Of a DNA stretch of 64,000 nt, positions 13,976-26,733 are shown piece by piece (within the stretch, counting starts at the first letter, position 1; each line of letters starts with the position of its first letter). The DNA is taken from assembly GCA_964016885.1 (NCBI GenBank), contig OZ024755.1, positions 19,034,001-19,098,000 on the forward strand, given 5' to 3'. The notes beneath the pieces were generated by a model that was given only the letters and a program-made list of their open reading frames with translations, made no database searches and was not told the origin of the DNA. A program made the position numbers and the translations under genes. Origin of the DNA: Eledone cirrhosa. Taxonomy: Eukaryota.

Positions 13976-14098
13976 CAATATATAACAGTTTTACAAATAG
14001 CTTTGACGTACCCTTTTAAAATACAACCATTACTCCAAAAATAATGGTTGTATTTTAAAAGGGTACGTCAAAGCTATTTGTAAAACTGTTATATATTG

Positions 14099-14163
14099 TA
14101 TTTTGTCTGATGAAGGCATACCATAATTTAATGTGGTATCCCTGAAATTTGTATAATGAAATA
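14099..14163 (+). ncRNA. Minimal type I hammerhead fold, second family
   Basis: Stem I TATTTTGT/ATGAAATA (two G-U pairs); CTGATGA 14107-13; stem II AGGCATACCA/TGGTATCCCT (one C-C mismatch); GAAA 14144-47; minimal stem III T-ttgt-A; UA cleavage site at 14154-55. Confidence 0.65.
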
Positions 14164-14291
14164 AATATGGTTTTATAAATATAGTTTCCATTTATTAATA
14201 TCGTATATCTACTCCAAAAATTTGTCAAGTGCTTTATATCAGTTATAAAAATATTTACTTGTTGTATCCCAACAACTTTAAATAGATCTTT

Positions 14292-14352
<61 letters not shown>

Positions 14353-14619
14353 CATATCCTCATAGTCTCAGAGTTACTACTTGAATTGAAGATTTTGCCA
14401 AGTCACTAGTTTAAAGGTCTGTGATATGAAACAGTACCTTTGTAAACATAGTAAATGTCTCTCAACAAGAAATATTGCCGATATTGATTTTTCTCCTCCT
14501 GTCTTCCTTCAAAACCTTTAGCTTTTCCTATTCATCCCAACAGCTTAAACATACACCTGATAATTCAAGACAACAGTAAATTCAGACAAATTGATTTCTT
14601 GGCTATTCTTATGTCTATT

Positions 14620-15128
14620 GTGAGTGTGTATCTATGTTTATATACATATGTGTATGTATCTATATTTATATATGTCTGTGTATGTATATATCTATGTTTA
14701 TATATGACTGTATGTATCTATATTTATATATGTCTGTGTATATCTATATTTATATATGTCTGTGTGTATATGTATCTATGTTTATATATATCTGTGTATG
14801 TATATATCTATATTTATATATATGTCTATGTATGTATATATCTATATTTATATATGTCTGTGTGTATATATCTATATTTATATATGTCTGTATGTATATA
14901 TCTATATTTATATGTCTGTATGTATATATCTATATTTATATATGTCTGTGTGTATATATCTATATTTATATATGTCTGTGTGCGTGTGTCTATATATGTC
15001 TGTATTTATATATCTATATTTATATATGCCTGTGTGTATATATCTATATTTATATATGTCTCTGTACATGTATCTATATTTTTATATGTCTGTATGTATG
15101 TATCTATATTTATATATATATATATATA
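14620..15128. repeat. Microsatellite-derived ~30-bp degenerate array
   Basis: Recurring tatatctatatttatatatgtctgtg. Confidence 0.85.
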
Positions 15129-16847
15129 AAAGAAAACTATTTCTATTTTGTAAAGATATTAATTTTGCTGCTCCTTACTATAATTATTCATTAAAGACAT
15201 TTAATTAAAATTATATTTTACTTAGATGTGAAGTATAATGAGGAAAGAAAATGGATCTTATAATAATTATGCATTTCCCAAGAACATTATTGACTTAAAT
15301 GAAGTGAACTGAAATGATATCAACTGGGAATAAAAGCCTGGCAAAAAGTCTTGGCTAGCTGAGACTTTACTCACTATCATTTAAATGAGGCTTGGCTCTG
15401 TTTTAGTTTCAGTAATTATACATCAGCCCAAAGCAGTTTCTGGAGCATGTATAAGTATAAATATGCATTCCCCCTTTTTATCCCTTTTGATATCAACTTA
15501 GCTGTCTCTGCCCCTGGTTCTTCGATAGATAACATTGTTCAACAACGTTTAGATTTAAATTAAATCACAATTTTATATAAGAATTGTTATCATATATATT
15601 TTATAAAGGGTTAAAACAGTGATTTTATATAATTTCAAAAACCAGCTTAATGTAGTAATTCATGGTACAGTTAGTTATTTTACTAAATCACTCCAGACTT
15701 TTCATTATTTTTAAAATCAAATGATATAAACAGTGAACTTCATTAGAAATGTGGTCTTAAAGGGTTAGTTAGTTCTTTTAATACCAACCCAGCCAAAACT
15801 AGCTCTGGTTCTATGAAACAAAGTCACCCATTTTAAAGGGTTCATTTTAAAATGAAAATATCACAACATAATTTTACATAAGAACCATATGTTAAGTTAC
15901 TATTTTATTAAGAAAATAGTTAATAATTTTAGTAAAACCCTAAAAATTCTTCATTAAGTTAAACAGAATATATTTCATTAGTGATGTGGTAATGAAAGGG
16001 TTAAAATAAGCAACTCTTCAACAACTCTTCTATAAACTATTTTCATGCTTTCAATAACACCTGTAACCTTGCTTTAGGTTAATTCTTACACAATCTGATG
16101 TGTGTTTCTCACTAAACATTACCTCACCTTTCCCTTACACCTGACTGCTGACATTTATTTAATCAACATAATTTCCATTTCCCACATAACTTAGCACACA
16201 TCATCCTCATCCCCAACATCATTACCATGTAATGAGGTTTTTAGTTTGCTTATGATAGAATCTTGTAAACCATCTTGATTCTTTCAATTCTTTTTTGTTT
16301 ATTTTTCAAAGGAATCAGGATCATGCCACTTACACAGATGCTCACTATAGAATGGGGAAGCTAATGACAATGACTAAGGGGAAGGAGGAAACATTTTCAA
16401 TGTCATAAAATTTTGGTTGTTGGTGGTAGATGAGGGGGGGGTCTTATTAAACAGTGGGAAATGATGCCAGCTCCCCTCAGTTTTTTAAAAGGTATAGCTA
16501 TCCCAGTGTGTTATTGGTACTTTATTTTATCAACCCTGTAAGGATGAAAGGCAAAACTAACCTCACCTCAGTGGGATTTGAACTCTATGTGGCAAAGCAT
16601 GTTAGCCAATGCTCTACCAATACTGCTAATTCACCGATCCTAAACATAATATTAATGATGATTAAAAATCTAACAAGGATGAAGAGGATTGGAGAAGCAC
16701 TTGTTACACATTGAGTAACACTCCAGTCAATCCTAGTTCATGATTCAGCAATAACAGAAATAAACTGATGAAGAAAGAACCAAGATGTTTCAATTGAATA
16801 GTGAAGAAGCGTCTTTAATAGCCCGGCAGACAATGACACATGCTTAC

Positions 16848-16889
16848 CAATCCTTCTTCACTTTTACAACGTTGCAATTGCATGCAACA
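16848..16889 (-). CDS. Candidate 42-nt exon (CCMQLQRCKSEEGL, phase 0-0)
   Basis: Minus strand reads gtgtgaattgtgcAG|TGTTGCATGCAATTGCAACGTTGTAAAAGTGAAGAAGGATTG|GTAAGC. Open in phase 0, matching the giant exon donor, and lies in non-repetitive sequence. Confidence 0.45.
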
Positions 16890-17074
16890 CTGCACAATTC
16901 ACACATAACACAAATGATTTTCTTGCAGTAAACATTTCCAAGCCAAAACGATAAATTAACTGATTTTTTTCTTTTTTAAAAATAAATAGCGGATACCAAA
17001 ATAAAATTATATAGAAACTATACATTATCCTCTCTCTTTTTTACCTGGTGTGTGTGTGTGTATGTATACATGTG

Positions 17075-17118
<44 letters not shown>

Positions 17119-17160
17119 ATCATTTTTATATCCGGTTTTCCACGCTTGCATGGGTTGAAC

Positions 17161-17206
<46 letters not shown>

Positions 17207-17260
17207 TCATTTTTTTATCCGCTTTTCCACGCTTGGACATACACACATATATACATACAC

Positions 17261-17292
<32 letters not shown>

Positions 17293-17362
17293 ATATATAT
17301 ATCATCATTTTTTATATCTGGTTTTCCATGCTTGCATGGGTTGGACATACATACATATATAC

Positions 17363-17395
<33 letters not shown>

Positions 17396-18389
17396 AATAT
17401 ATACATACACACACATTCATGCATTAAATACATTGTTACAATAAAATACATAAGTTAATGTGTGTCTCTTCATTTATTTTTGTTTTGTTATTCTTATTCT
17501 CATGTTGGGACATTATGATAAAATACAATACTTCAAATTGTAAAACCAACTACATCACTACTAGCTGTTATTTGAACATAGCTAAAAATCGATATTTAAA
17601 CCAGAAAAATGTAAGGTTAGATATACCTTAAGATTAGTCATTTAAATACTTCTTTGTGTCTGGTTTTCCTGCATGTCATGAGATGAGGAAAAGGTTTGGT
17701 GTTAGGAACAGCATTTGGTTGTAAAACACTGCCTCCAAAAGGACCCCATAATGAATATAAAGTCTACTAATGGCCCCACTATAGAAGGGGAAATAGCCTT
17801 ATAAAATAGTTATTGAAATACTAGAAATATTTGATAATGTATATTGGTGTGTATGTAAGTGTATATAAAATATTTGCATGATTAGTATGTGTCTATGAGT
17901 ATGTATGTAGGTAGGCATTTATTAATATTTGCATGTTTGTACAAGTTACTAGTATTTCTATGATATACATACTGGTTTTTAATATTTTATTTATGAGATT
18001 CTTTGAGTTGAGCCTGTCTATCATCATCATCATCATCATCATTTTACGTCCGCTTTACCCTGCTTGCCAGGGTGGGACGGGAACTGATTCTGGCTTGATT
18101 TCTACAGCTGGAAGCCCTTCCTAACACCAACCTCATTTACAGTGAGTGCTGGAAGCTTTTTTGTCCATGGCGCCTACACAACCATTTTACAGTGGAATGA
18201 TAGGGACCCCAGTCCCTATCATCTCATTTCTACAGCTGAGTAAACTGGAGCAATGTGAAATAAAGTGTCTTGCTCAAGGAAACAACACATCACCCAGTCG
18301 TTTCCTTGAGGAAGACACTTTTTATAAAATTCTAAAAGAACTGATTGATATATATTGGTAGTCAAAGGTATACCCAGACATATACATAC

Positions 18390-18421
<32 letters not shown>

Positions 18422-21362
18422 GCATACATACATATAAACAAACGTATATGCAGCTGATCCTTTGGACTTGTATGAAGCGCCTGCCTTTGAAGGTCTTCAA
18501 ACTATTTTATACGCTATATTATAGCATCTTCGCACATAAGCACACCACTCTTTAGAATATTATAATAAATACATATATATATAACACAATGTCTCAATCA
18601 GTCCAGTTTTTGTAGAAGACATAATACAGTGCGGCTGTTGCTGATATATGAATGTGTCATGTATGACAATATATACATTTATGCATCATGTGCTGTTAAA
18701 TTACACTTCAGTTCAAAATACTGTTGTTACCAAAATACAATCTCACATTTTTTAAGCATTTCTCCACCCTGTTACTGATAATATAAAATATATCATCATT
18801 GAGGTTAACTTTACCTGTCATCCTTCGATAAAATAAAGTACCAGTAATGCACTGGGGTAATTACTGGCCTTGTGCCAAAAGTAGAAACAATTATCATTAT
18901 ATATTCGTCTTTCATTCTGGTATGGTTTTGATGGGCCATCATGGTCTGAAAACTAAGCTGTTGGGAGAACCACATCATGCTCATATATTCCACATTTGGT
19001 TTGATATCTACAGCTGGATGCCCTTTACAGAAGGAAATCAAGAGTGCAAGGACAGAGGACACCTGAGATTTCAATGGCAACAAGTATGAAAAGGAAGTGG
19101 TCAATCAAGCACCGGTATTTAGTTATGTTTTTAACATAACATAGTTTCTTATATAAAAAACATGATGGTAGGTTTTTTTTTAAAATAAATATAAGCACTT
19201 TTAAACTAACAGTTTTATATCATAAAACTAAGGGTAGTTTCAAGAGGTTTGGTATAAAAAATGTTAATAAACAGTCAATTGCTTGTCTTCCATCAATAGA
19301 TAATCAATATTAGAGACTTCGGAGAAAAAAAGAATTAGAGGTGATGATGTTCATGCCTTTCCTGAGAACAATAGTGAAATAAATGTAACAATTACTCCTA
19401 GGAATTTGAATCTAGGTTACAGATTCCGTTTACAGGGAACTTACCCTCTATGTTACAGTGCTTACAATTTATATATTATATATAGCTCTGTCTGGAAAAA
19501 CAATTTTCCTAGAGTTGCTGCAATCATTATAGCAGATGGTAGATAGCTAGAGAGTTTACTGGAACACACTAACTGCAAAAATATTTTTAAATTAAAAAAT
19601 ACTCAAATACAAATGAAAAAAAAAAAAAAAAAAAAAAAAAAATGCCACATCTTGAAATAGTGTACAAAATTCAGGATTAACCATTTGGATAAAAAAAAAA
19701 AACCACTACCTGAAACCACCCGTGAATACAATACAGAACGGTGAACGTGTTTATATTCATTTAAAAACCTTACATTATAATTCTATGTAAGAACCTTTAA
19801 GGGATGTTCTAGACACCAGCTTAGTAATGTAGATGTTAGATATATTATTAAATACCTCCACTTGTTTGTTTTCAAAATTATTTGAAAATAATAGGCAAAT
19901 AGAGTGACAATAACTATTAAATGTGTGTGTATGTGTATATATATATACATATATATATACACACACAAAGAAAATGTATATATATGTGTGTGTGTGTGTG
20001 TGTATATATATACATATATATATATACACACACACACACATATATATACATTTTCTTTTTCAAGTTTTCTACTTATTTTATCAATCTCTATTTGTTGAAC
20101 AGCTAAGTTCAAATAACAAATAGTAACACAAATGGACAGGTATATCTGTTGCCATTGTTTAGCACATTAATCCTTATGATAACAAATCACATGGGACTGC
20201 TTCTGAGTCTACAATAAAAATATGTTTGCTTATAGTATTTATATTTATCTAAAACTCTTCCTTCATCATTTCATGTAATGACCTTTCTTAAGTTGTGTTC
20301 AAAACACCTGCCTAATAATGAAAAAGTTAGTTATATAACTAAACCCCTCCAAATTCTTGCTTATTTTAAAAATTATTTAAAAACTGTAGACAGTGTCTTT
20401 CATTAGAAATGTGGTAATGAAAGGGTTAATTCTACCCTTTGTACCATGTGTGTAGGTGTGTGTATGTATGTGCACATGTGTGTTAGTTATATAATCATTA
20501 CTTTTAGAACACGATTAAAACAAAGAGGGGTTAGAGGTAGTTTTATTACTAAACCCATGTTTTCTTTCAGAGTAACTACCTGGTAAACATTAGCTCAAGT
20601 TGCTTTTCTATTCACAATGTAAAGTTTGTTGATTTCAATGTAACATTTGTTTATTATAATAAAATACTAAACTAAAATATAAACAGCTTAGATTTATTCC
20701 AATAATGTTTATTTATATAGTTTTTCCTTTCTCTGTTATTTTCTATAGTAAAGTCACAGTATTTTTGTTTTTTCAACAGATGTACTGATGTCTAATTACA
20801 GAACCGAAAGCCAGTAGCTGGGAAAACAAACTTTAAACTGTGCACATATTTTCTTTCTGTTGGTGATTGATAAAAAGATAATATGATATTGTTAATTTAA
20901 AATACTAAAACTCAAAGAACATTGAAATAAGTAATACCAACACTAACACCATCACCAAAAGCTCAAAAACATTGAAATAAACAACACCGCCTACACCATC
21001 ACCAAAAGTAAAGGAGAGGTAATTATATGGAATACTTTCGAAAGAAAATGGTTAACATTGGATCTTTCTTTGGTAAATAAAAATGTAGTATGAAAGAAAT
21101 ATAAATAAAAGAGAAAAGAAATGAATGAAGAGTGGAGTCTATCTGGATATCTGATTGAAAATAAACATGTTGGATAGGGAAACTAAAGAATGGTTCTTGG
21201 ATCCAGGAATTGTTTATCAATAGTTTTAAAATAAGAAGAAAATAAAATAGGTAGAATTATATATGATGTAGTTATTGCAAGAAGTGAAAATAAATTTAAT
21301 AGGCCTTGGTGGTGGTGGTAGTGGTGTTAATGGTGGCAGTGATGGCAGCTGTGATAATGATA

Positions 21363-22125
21363 ATAATTGTTTCTACTTTAGGCACAAGGCCAGCAATTAC
21401 CCAGTACATTACTGGTACTTTATTTTATTGACCCTGTAAGGATGAAAGGCAAAGTTAACCTCGGCGGGATTTGAACTCAGAATGGCAAGGGCAGTAACTA
21501 ATGGTTTCTGATTTAGAAACAAAACCACCAATTTTAGGGGGCAGGGGAAAGTTGATTAAACCTTTAATGTTCAAAACCGGCCAGAATTCTCTGCCTTTTT
21601 CTGTTGAAACTGGCTATAACTGGCCACTCAAACTGATGTTAAGGTATTGTTCTCAAAATAAATACTTTCAAAATCTCATAGATTCGATAGTGAGATAATT
21701 ATGTGAGATAAAGCCTTTACCATGAAAATATAATAGTATATATAGAGTAATGTGAATGCTAAAGGGTTAAATCGACCCAAGTGTATTACTGGTTCTTCAT
21801 TTTATCAACTCCATAAGGATGAAAGGCAAATCTAACCTTGGTAGAATTTTAATTCAGAACAGAAAGAGCCATAACTATGTCGTAAAGCATGTTTTCCAAC
21901 GCTCTACCAATACTGCTAATCCACTAATAATAATCGTTTCTACTTTTGGCACAAGGCTAGAAATTACCCCAGTACATTACTGGTGTTTTATTTTATCGAC
22001 TCTGTAAGGATGAAAGGCAAAGTTAACCTCAGCAGAATTTGAATTCAGAACATAAAGGGCCATAACTATTGCATAAAGCATATTGTCCAATGCTCTACCA
22101 ATACTGCCAAGCCACTAATAATAAT
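21363..22125 (-). mobile_element. Cluster of three family-A SINEs, the middle one interrupted by a TTAA MITE
   Basis: Reverse-complement matches to 26260-26450 at about 21363-21500, 21501-21925 and 21927-22120. Confidence 0.8.
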
Positions 22126-23183
22126 AATGGTTACAGAAATGTTAGTGCCAACTACTTGATGTTTTCCAATTTATATAAACCAACATTTTTGTCTCATGCA
22201 AATATCGAGTGAATTATAACCTTCCAGATGTATGTGTGTATCCACATGGACTGTGAGGAAAATATGGCTGACATCAAAAGCTATATTATTCAAAACCTCA
22301 TGAATGTAAATCACATCTCATGGGCAACATTTGAAAACTTCTTTGAGTTTTTGCATAACTAGAAAATCTAGACAGCTTGCTAGCATAATATATGTATTTG
22401 TCAATCCCCAGTGGTAGATCAAAGGTATCCGTTTTATCATTGGAAGCAAATAAATATGATAAAACGAGTTTGACCTAAGACTCTCAAAGCTAATTTTTAT
22501 TAACAGTTCCCTTCAGCTAACATCAACTTCAATGATAAAAACAATAGCAATAGCAATGTCAATATCAAAAAGCAGAGATTGTTTTTCAATTTTTGATGTT
22601 ACATATAAAACAATGTTATTCAACTATTTGGTATGTTGTATAAAACTATTAAAAACATCCATTGAAGGATCTTCTATGAGGTCACTTGTCCGGTTAGAAA
22701 TAGCAGCTAATAACACACTGCAAACTTAAAAATTAGATAATGTGGTCTTAGTTAATGTGTCTTTGAAAGATAAAAGACTGCATGGTACAAGCTGGAATAT
22801 CTTTAACATCTCAAATGGGGATACACTGAAACTAAGCAACTATTATTGCCCCTCATTGTATTCCTATATCTAACTAATGTCAAAGCTGTATTGCATAAAA
22901 TTTGGTACTTTCAAAATATCCTATAACAATATATACTTCTATTTATAAGGGCATATATTGATCCATATGTTTATGTATAACAAATGTTTATGTATAATAA
23001 ATATACACATAGTCTCACTGGGAATATTTTAAACTTTGATCATATCACAGCTGCCCTGTATTGATGTAAGAGTACTGTATACATGTATTTCAGAGTTATT
23101 ACTCATCATCAGATGTCACTTATGCCAATATATATATGATGAGATAATGACAATTGATGTTTATTTCAGGACTCCATACTCAC

Positions 23184-23195
23184 CGAGGGCTTCAG
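23184..23195 (-). CDS. Candidate 12-nt microexon (LKPS in phase 0)
   Basis: Minus strand reads tttttctgtgttCTAACtcaacAG|CTGAAGCCCTCG|GTGAGTat: pyrimidine tract, branch-point-like CTAAC, consensus donor, frame-preserving length. Splice-signal inference only. Confidence 0.4.
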
Positions 23196-23403
23196 CTGTT
23201 GAGTTAGAACACAGAAAAATGATGTCATGTTAAAACAACTGTCTCCTGTATTTTTTACAATTACTCAGTTGTATTACTGAACAAGACATAGTTTGTCTCA
23301 GTTTGTTTATCTAAATATAGGCACCACTCCTACTATAAAGTTGAGTTGTTAAGAAGTAAAGAGTCAGAATCTTTTACTCCAATCATTCATATACAAATAT
23401 TAA

Positions 23404-23624
23404 CCCTTTTGGTACCAGCCAAGCTGGTATCTATGATACCAAAGCTCGAATTTTAAAAGGTTCATATATAAAAATATGCTGGGATATTTTAAATAAAAAC
23501 CTCATGTTAAGTTACTATTTAATAATACTTAATAATGAAATAATAATTTTAATTAATCCCTTAAAACTTTTCATTAATTATTTAAAATAAAGTACATTTT
23601 ATTCGTAATATGGTCATAAAAGGG
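23404..23624. mobile_element. piggyBac-like MITE, second family
   Basis: TTAA-ccctttt...aaaaggg-TTAA. Related decayed copies near 2101-2350, 15770-16004, 42967-43227 and 45410-45640. Confidence 0.65.
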
Positions 23625-23887
23625 TTAAAGTTTAAAAAAAAAAAAAAATTAAACAAAAAACATTGCCTTCCTACTTATATTACAGAAATTTTAAAATATA
23701 TACGTATTTTGTTTAACCCCCCCCCCCCCACTAAAGATGTAGTGACAAGCTCAACAAAGATAATAAATCTGTCACATTTGTTGTAGATAAGTGATTTTTA
23801 ACCCTTTTTTTTTTTTCATTCATGCTCCATAAAACATTTCATGCCAACCTCTATACAAAAATAACATTTAGTATAATATATATATAT

Positions 23888-25650
23888 CATCATCATCATT
23901 TTACATCTGCTTTTCCCTGCTTGCAAGGGTGGGACGGGTCCTATTCAGCACAGCATCTCTCCACTTGTCACGGTCCTTCGTCATCTCCTCCGTGAGCTTC
24001 AGCGATGTGAGGTCTGCTCTTACCACCTCCGCCCATGTTTTTCGTGGTCTTCCTCTACTGCATCTTCCTTCTACTGGCATTTCTTGGCACTTCTTTACCC
24101 AGCGGTCATCGTCCATGCACATCACATGCCCATACCATCACAGCTTGCAATGTCCTCAAAGACCATTCCTCTACACCTAGTTTCCTTAGGGACCACCAGA
24201 TGACAGATCGGGGTACCCTATCAAAGGCCTTCTCTAGGTCAACAAAAGCTAGGTATAGTGGCTTATTCTTCTCTAAGAACCTCTCTTGTAGTTGTCTCAC
24301 TAAGAAGAGGGCATCTGTTGTACTTTTCCCAGGCACAAAACCAAACTGCATCTCATCTAATTTGACCTTTTCTATAATTAGTTGCGCTAATATTCTCTCT
24401 GCCACTTTCATAACCTGATCCATCAGTTTTATGCCCCTATAATTGCTCTTTTCCAGAGCATCCCCTTTAACTTTGTAGCAATTTATGAGAATACTGCTGC
24501 ACCAGTCTTTGGGTATGACACCTTCATATTGATTGATGATGCCTGCAACCAGTTTAGTGCCTACTTCTCCTGATGCCTTCAGCATCTCAGCAACTATCCC
24601 CGACGGTCCAGCGGCCTTACCATTTTTCATTTCCTGAATTGCCTCTTGGACCCTATATTCATCATCTCAATAGCTGGTCTCTCTGTCGGGTCTACTGGAG
24701 GTAATTTCTCTCTCTTCCATTCGTTCTCTACATTCATTAGTCTTTCATAATGACATTTCCAGGCCTCCTTTTTCTGATCATTCATGACACTTTTTCTGAT
24801 CATTTCCAGGCCTCCTTTTTCTGATAATTTTCCACACCTTCCTGTATGTCTCATTTTGTCTCTTGCTTACTGAGATGTCACTAACGACTAACCTATGCTG
24901 TGGGGTACATTCTTCCCTGGGGTATGCCTTAGTATTTGACACCATCTGTCTGTCACGCTGCCTAACTAGCAAGAAGTTAATCTGGCTTATGTGCTCACCT
25001 GATTTGTAGGTTATTAAGTGGTTGGTAGGTTTATTGAAGTTAGTGTTGCAAATGGTTAGTGCACGTGCATCACAAAATTCAAGAAGCCTCACTCCTTCTT
25101 CATTTCTTGAGCTGTAACCATACCCACCATGTACCCCAGTGTAGTATCCATCCTGGAGCTATCCAACATGACCATTGAAGTCCCCTGCTAGCATAACGAT
25201 GTCTCCATCCTCTGTCATTGTGGCTGTTCCCAAAAGTTGCTCGTAAAAGCAGTCTTTCTCTTCTTTACCTAGGCCTACCTGGGGAGCATAGGCAGAGATG
25301 ATTGTCAGCAGTCTCTTGCCTACAACTAACCTAAGCTTAATTATTCTATTACTAACTCTAACTACCTCTATTGTCTTATCGATCCATCTCTCAGCCAGTA
25401 AAATGCCTACCCCATCTAACCCATCATCATTACCTACCCAGAAAAGCTTATAACTAAGATGTTTGCCTGCAATTAGTCCTCCTGAGGCACCTCTCCATCT
25501 CACCTCTTGCACGCAGCACACATCCACATGCCTTCTCTCCAGCATCTCCGCTATCTCACCAGAGCTACCTGTTAGAGTGCCAACATTAAGTGTGGCAACT
25601 CTGAGATGCGACATCTTCATATTCTTGTTCTTATTCCTGTTGTGCGATTG
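23888..25650 (-). mobile_element. RTE-clade LINE, internally deleted and frameshifted (AP endonuclease, partial RT, 3' end)
   Basis: APE motifs RVATLNVGTL, CCVQEVRW, ISAYAPQ, AGDFNGHVG, PQHRLVVSD. RT motifs GKAAGPSGI, NYRGIKL, QFGFVPGKSTTDA, AFVDLEKAFDRVP. Near 24139 it jumps straight to the C-terminal WYGHV...RGRPRKTW and a (TGA)n tail, so the catalytic YxDD region is missing. Confidence 0.92.
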
Positions 25651-26056
25651 CTTGATGATGACGGTCAGTGTGTGTGTGTGTGTGTGTGTGGGTGGGGGGT
25701 GGGGTTCTCGCACATGGCCGCATCAGCCATCCCACTTTTCATATTACCCACTCTACTACCCCCAAGTATTGAGTACTCAGGTGGGTTATATATATATATA
25801 TAATGTAAAATTTAGAAAACAAATACTACCCCACCAACACAATTAGCAATAATTACCACTAATATTAAAACTGCCTATTTGTAGGGGTGTGCACTCTACA
25901 TTTATTATCACAGTTGTAGAAACACTAAAGAGAAGAATACTTGTTCCTTTGTAATAATCACTTTGATAAGTAACTTTCAGATAACAACAGCAAGCTAACT
26001 TTTAATTAATGACATTTTCTTACTGTTTATTATTTTCTTCTGTCGGTGGATTCTTC

Positions 26057-26450
26057 GGGCAGTGGATTGGCAGTATCGGTAGAGGGTCGGACACCATGCT
26101 TTCCAGCATAGTTACGTCCCTTTACGATCTGAGTTCAAATCCCGCCGAGGTTGACTTTGCCTTTCCTCCTTACGGGGTCGATAAAATAAAGTATCAGTAA
26201 TGCACTGGGCTAATTGCTGGCCTTGTGCCTAAAGTAGAAACAATTATCTACACCTACTAGGGCGGTGGATTGGCAGTATCGGTAGAGGGTCGGACACCAT
26301 GCTTTCCAGCATAGTTACGTCCCTTTACGATCTGAGTTCAAATCCCGCCGAGGTTGACTTTGCCTTTCCTCCTTACGGGGTCGATAAAATAAAGTACCAG
26401 TAATGCACTGGGCTAATTGCTGGCCTTGTGCCTAAAGTAGAAACAATTAT
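26057..26450 (+). mobile_element. Two tandem, nearly identical tRNA-derived SINEs (family A, ~190 bp)
   Basis: A-box-like tggcagtatcgg and B-box-like gagttcaaatcc. Other approximate copies: 2395-2545(-), 13538-13700(-), 16500-16635(-), 29153-29330(+), 36110-36295(-), 38524-38712(-), 39293-39680(+, two copies). Confidence 0.85.
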
Positions 26451-26690
26451 ATATCCCGCCGATATATAATTCATGAATGGAACAGCAACATCACAACTTA
26501 CAATTAAGGACAAAATGAAAACACACACGCGCATAGAACAAACAACCAGTAACATGTAAATAAACAAATATAAACACACACAGACACCCGGATGTAACAC
26601 ATGCGCAAACTAAGCACACAACACACACAAAAACAAGATGGCGTAGGACAGAACAAAGGAGAGGCACAAAAACAAAGAAAAGAATCCCCA

Positions 26691-26733
26691 GTCACTGAAG
26701 AGGTCACAGAATGTGTGACGAAAGAACTTTGAC
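26691..26733 (+). ncRNA. Hammerhead-like fold, third family (possibly degenerate)
   Basis: GTCA-CTGAAGA-G-GTCACA-gaatg-TGTGAC-GAAA-G-aa-C-TT-TGAC. Stems I and II and both core boxes are present. There is one extra G before stem II and loop III is only 2 nt. Confidence 0.55.

Larger units (their letters stand above)
13866..14208. repeat. Long inverted repeat, 167-bp arms, 9-nt spacer (probable Penelope-like terminal fragments)
   Basis: 13866-14032 is the reverse complement of 14042-14208 with one mismatch. Each arm carries a hammerhead fold. Confidence 0.9.

Noticed and set aside
26057-26150. SINE heads as tRNA genes
   Set aside because: A and B boxes are present but no cloverleaf can be folded, and they continue into multicopy SINE bodies.
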